From positions 828,518-892,517 of the forward strand of contig CBDCWV010000016.1 in the NCBI GenBank assembly GCA_965223565.1: a stretch of 64,000 bases of DNA, written 5' to 3'. Source of the stretch: Myxococcota bacterium (GTDB lineage: Bacteria; Myxococcota_A; UBA9160; UBA4427). The first letter of the stretch is position 1; each line of letters starts with the position of its first letter. A program made the position numbers and the translations under genes. Below are positions 61,306-64,000 of the stretch, one piece after another. The notes under the pieces are model-generated. The model was not told the DNA's origin and did no database searches. It worked only from the letters and a program-made list of their open reading frames with translations.

Positions 61306-62157
61306 ATGCCATTCGAGCACCGCATTCGGCGCCCAAGGACTCATGCGCTGCAATCCTCGGCGCTCGCAGTCATCGTCGTGCTTCTGCAGACGAGCGCGAC
61401 CGTTGCCGCAACCTTCGAGCTGGATTACCGGCCGCCCGGAACGTCGATTCGAGAGTTCTTCCGGGGTCCGGATCTGCTGGGCTCGGAAGCAACGATCGAG
61501 ACGGAGCTCGGGGATGTCGAAGTCGACAACGATCTGGAGTTCAACCACGTCAGACCAACGATCGAAGTGCTCTCCCCGGTCACTTTCGAAGTGGAAAGTC
61601 TATCGCCGGTCGTGCGGCACGGTGAATTCGAAATTCTCATTCATGAATGGGACCTCACGGAGCGGCTCCCGATCGCGGCCCAGAACGTGCCGGAGATCTC
61701 GGCAATCACTGACGAGATTCGACTCACGGTTCCGGGCGGCGGATTTGCCTACACCTGCTGCCTCGAGTCCAATGTGAGGACATTCGAGGGACGGTCTACA
61801 CCGATCCGGGTGCTGAATCGCATCTCCTACACGACGCCGCTGGGCGACGTCGTGGCCGAGGATGTCGCCGCCGACGTCGTCGTGGCACTCACCCTGCCCG
61901 TGGACCATCTCGGACGATTGATCGTTTCGAGGACGCTCGTTCGGCTCGAAGTGACGTACGAATCCGAGAGGCAGGTCGTGAGCGGAACGGATCCGATTTC
62001 CGGATTGCCGCTCGAGCTCCGATTCGGGCTGGAGGGTCCGATTGCGACCGCCCCGATCGTTCCCGAGCCGGGAACCGGCTTTCTGCTCGGCCTCGGCCTC
62101 TCGCTGCTCGCCGCTAGGCGTCGTCGTCGCGGGGATCGACTCGAGCGTAACGACTGA
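61306..62157 (+). CDS. PEP-CTERM-tagged secreted protein
   Basis: MPFEHRIRRPRTHALQSSALAVIVVLLQTSATVAA is the signal peptide. The C-terminus is IVPEPGTGFLLGLGLSLLAARRRRRGD... The ATG at 61306 has GGAGCTGAGG upstream; an alternative ATG lies at 61246. Confidence 0.75.
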   Translation: MPFEHRIRRPRTHALQSSALAVIVVLLQTSATVAATFELDYRPPGTSIREFFRGPDLLGSEATIETELGDVEVDNDLEFNHVRPTIEVLSPVTFEVESLSPVVRHGEFEILIHEWDLTERLPIAAQNVPEISAITDEIRLTVPGGGFAYTCCLESNVRTFEGRSTPIRVLNRISYTTPLGDVVAEDVAADVVVALTLPVDHLGRLIVSRTLVRLEVTYESERQVVSGTDPISGLPLELRFGLEGPIATAPIVPEPGTGFLLGLGLSLLAARRRRRGDRLERND

Positions 62158-62383
62158 CGGCGGTCGGCTCGCCATGCGGCAGCAGATACCACATCGAAGG
62201 GCGGTCAGGGTAGCTTCCTCTCCAACAGATCCCTCCCCGACAGGCGGGGCTCGTACGTGCGGAGGTCGCCGCGGTACGGCCCACGAATGATCGCACGGGC
62301 AAGTCACATACCGACACTCTCGTGAAACGATTCACAGACCGTGCACCCGGCGCTTCGTACATTGGGGGCCGAGTCACGGAGAA

Positions 62384-64000
62384 ATGAGCATGTCGATCGA
62401 GAGTCTGATCCGCGCGCGCGATGCGCTCGTTTGCCTTGCCCTGGGCTGCCTACTGCCGACCCAAACCCTGGCCATCACGATCGAGATTCGCGATGTCGGG
62501 TCGCCGCCGCTCACGACGAGCGAACGCCGGGCCGTCGAGCGAGCCGCAGCACAGTGGGAGGCCCACTTCGACGATCCGATCACGATCCGAGTCGATCTAG
62601 GATGGTCGGACGAGCTGCCCGAAACGGTGGGCGCGCGCACACGCCTTGCTTTCGTTACCCATCCCTACTCGGCGGTCCGGCAGGCATTGCTCGACGATGC
62701 GAACACGCGCGAGGAGCGCGATGCGGCCGGGCTCTTGCCGCGCGGCGAAATTCGCGTATGGACTCCTTCGGGCGATCCCGACGAGACCCGAGACTTCGTA
62801 ACACTCTCCTCAGCGAACGCCAAAGCGCTCGGTCTGGGAACGGGTCGCGACCCGCGCTACCCGCAACCGCCGGAAGGGCGGGACGTGGCCATCGACATGA
62901 ATCGTGGCCGAACCGACGTCTTCGACTATGACGCAACCGACGGGATCTCACCGGGACTCGCTGATTTCGAGAGCCTCATAGCGCACGAAATCGGCCATGC
63001 CCTCGGCTTCTCGACAGGGATCGAGACACAATCCAATCTCGCCGACGAGACGATCTTTCCTTCCGTTCTGGACCTCCGGCTCTTCTACCTCCGTGATTCG
63101 CACCACGATCTCGGTGTCCACCGTCGCTACTTCAAGCAGGGGCCGATGGAATACGACGACGGTCTCCTCCGCGAGATCCCGATGTCCTTCGGCACACGCG
63201 TGCATGATCCCCACTGCGACGTGCCCGACGCGCGCTGTCAAGCGGGCCATTGGCGCGATGGTGGCGACGCGATGATGTCACCCATTCTGCGTCGCGAGCA
63301 GATCCTCCGACTCCGACCGACCGACCTCAATGCCGTCGACCGGATCGGATTCGATCGCTATGTCAGCCTGGCAACGACAGTCGTCGGCACGAATTGGGTC
63401 GTGATTCGCTGGCTAGACTTCGAAGGCGATCTGCCGCAATCCGATTGGCCATGGGAGGGATGGCAAGCTGCGCAGATGGGCGGAGCGGAAGAGATCTCGT
63501 GGGAGCCGGATCAGGCCGACTCGAATCCCTTTGAGGGCGGCATCTGGACGGTCCCGCTTGCCGTCGACTTCGATTTGCCATTGCTCGGTCGCGGCGAGGC
63601 CGTCGGGCTCTTCACGCTCAGGGAGCAGGAGCCGAATCGAGTCGAGGTGTTCGACTTGAAGCCCGTCGAGAGTGGGTTCGAGATGCTCGGCGGAGGCGAA
63701 CCTCTCGAACACCTGCCCCATCGACTGACGGAGTTCGTCCTGGCGGGTAGAGCCGATGCTTGCGACTTCCGATTCCGTGCCACGCTCTCCACCGGAGGCG
63801 CCGAGCTGGATTCGACGATCGGCGAGCTCGGTGGCTTCCGGATTCCGGGCGTCATCGATTGTCACTCGGATGGCTTCGGGACACAGGGAGACCTGGACAT
63901 CGATGCCCGCATCGTGCTGGAGCTGGCACTCGAGGCGCCGATCGAATTTGGTGACGAGACGGCCAGGTCGCTCCGGCTCAAATGGGCGCCCGAGTCCCGC
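62384..64000 (+). CDS. Secreted HExxH zinc metalloprotease (PEP-CTERM-associated 'NF038122-like' type); 3' end beyond the window
   Basis: This gene is not in the ORF track because it has no stop in the window. Hand translation from ATG 62384: MSMSIESLIRARDALVCLALGCLLPTQTLAITIEIRDVG...DYDATDGISPGLADFESLIAHEIGHALGFSTG...RCQAGHWRDGGDAMMSPIL... The frame stays open for 539 codons to position 64000. The listed ORF 62341..62931 is an Arg-rich shadow. Confidence 0.75.
   Translation, partial: MSMSIESLIRARDALVCLALGCLLPTQTLAITIEIRDVGSPPLTTSERRAVERAAAQWEAHFDDPITIRVDLGWSDELPETVGARTRLAFVTHPYSAVRQALLDDANTREERDAAGLLPRGEIRVWTPSGDPDETRDFVTLSSANAKALGLGTGRDPRYPQPPEGRDVAIDMNRGRTDVFDYDATDGISPGLADFESLIAHEIGHALGFSTGIETQSNLADETIFPSVLDLRLFYLRDSHHDLGVHRRYFKQGPMEYDDGLLREIPMSFGTRVHDPHCDVPDARCQAGHWRDGGDAMMSPILRREQILRLRPTDLNAVDRIGFDRYVSLATTVVGTNWVVIRWLDFEGDLPQSDWPWEGWQAAQMGGAEEISWEPDQADSNPFEGGIWTVPLAVDFDLPLLGRGEAVGLFTLREQEPNRVEVFDLKPVESGFEMLGGGEPLEHLPHRLTEFVLAGRADACDFRFRATLSTGGAELDSTIGELGGFRIPGVIDCHSDGFGTQGDLDIDARIVLELALEAPIEFGDETARSLRLKWAPESR

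Noticed and set aside
62341-62931. 196-aa + ORF listed in the track
   Set aside because: It is Arg-rich shadow. A different + frame starting at 62384 stays open to the window end and encodes an HExxH metalloprotease with a signal peptide.
1-64000. Looked for rRNA, tRNA, CRISPR arrays, transposases, integrases, phage genes and long terminal inverted repeats
   Set aside because: I found no regularly spaced direct repeats, no tRNA-like cloverleaf candidates in the intergenic regions I read, and no ORF with DDE, tyrosine-recombinase or serine-recombinase motifs. This was by-eye inspection only. tRNAscan-SE, Infernal, CRISPRCasFinder and ISfinder runs would be decisive.

Overview
Very GC-rich chromosomal segment from a diderm (Gram-negative-type) bacterium. 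The diderm call rests on a TonB-dependent receptor, a beta-barrel OMP, lipoboxes and PEP-CTERM tags. I support about 50 protein-coding genes. I saw no rRNA, tRNA, CRISPR array, transposase or integrase. The six-frame track is dominated by long Arg/Pro/Ala-rich shadow ORFs, as expected for high-GC DNA. I chose frames using family motifs, G/C at third codon positions in hand translations, Shine-Dalgarno sequences, signal peptides and ATGA/TGATG coupling. Two real genes are missing from the track because they run off the window: an aminotransferase at 1..536 (-) and an HExxH metalloprotease at 62384..64000 (+).

Layout:
(i) 1-21 kb: redox and housekeeping-type genes. These are two SDRs, a permease::FG-GAP/ASPIC fusion, a TPR/GT-C membrane protein, a sulfatase-fold lipoprotein, a 2Fe-2S + molybdopterin oxidoreductase pair, a CBS protein, pntAA-pntAB-pntB, BVMO-idi and an aldo/keto reductase.
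(ii) 21-24 kb: an orphan secreted protein followed by a two-gene nucleotidyltransferase module that is palindrome-controlled and translationally coupled. This is my best candidate for an undescribed TA/defence-like system.
(iii) 24-34 kb: one long minus-strand string of envelope genes. It holds two DUF5666-type lipoproteins flanking a small Cys-motif protein, plus an MFS transporter, a hydrolase, a purple-acid-phosphatase-like enzyme, a TPR protein and a tagged secreted protein.
(iv) 34-39.5 kb: an oxygenase island (TauD, two P450s, an LLM oxidoreductase, TetR).
(v) 42-50 kb and 61-64 kb: a surface-protein set. It holds three PEP-CTERM proteins, two proteins with a different shared C-terminal tag, a TSP3/dockerin-like protein, a TonB-dependent receptor, an OMP and a metalloprotease. 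No exosortase is in the window.
(vi) 50-60 kb: an acyl-CoA catabolic cluster. One alpha/beta acyl-CoA dehydrogenase pair is split and its paralogue is fused, and a family-III CoA-transferase is fused in tandem.

Notable non-coding signals are a 24-bp perfect palindrome (22945-22968), a 26-bp-arm perfect inverted repeat (49962-50031), AT-rich promoter-like islands, and a bipartite motif shared by two promoter regions. All functional calls rest on motif recognition by eye. No database search was run.
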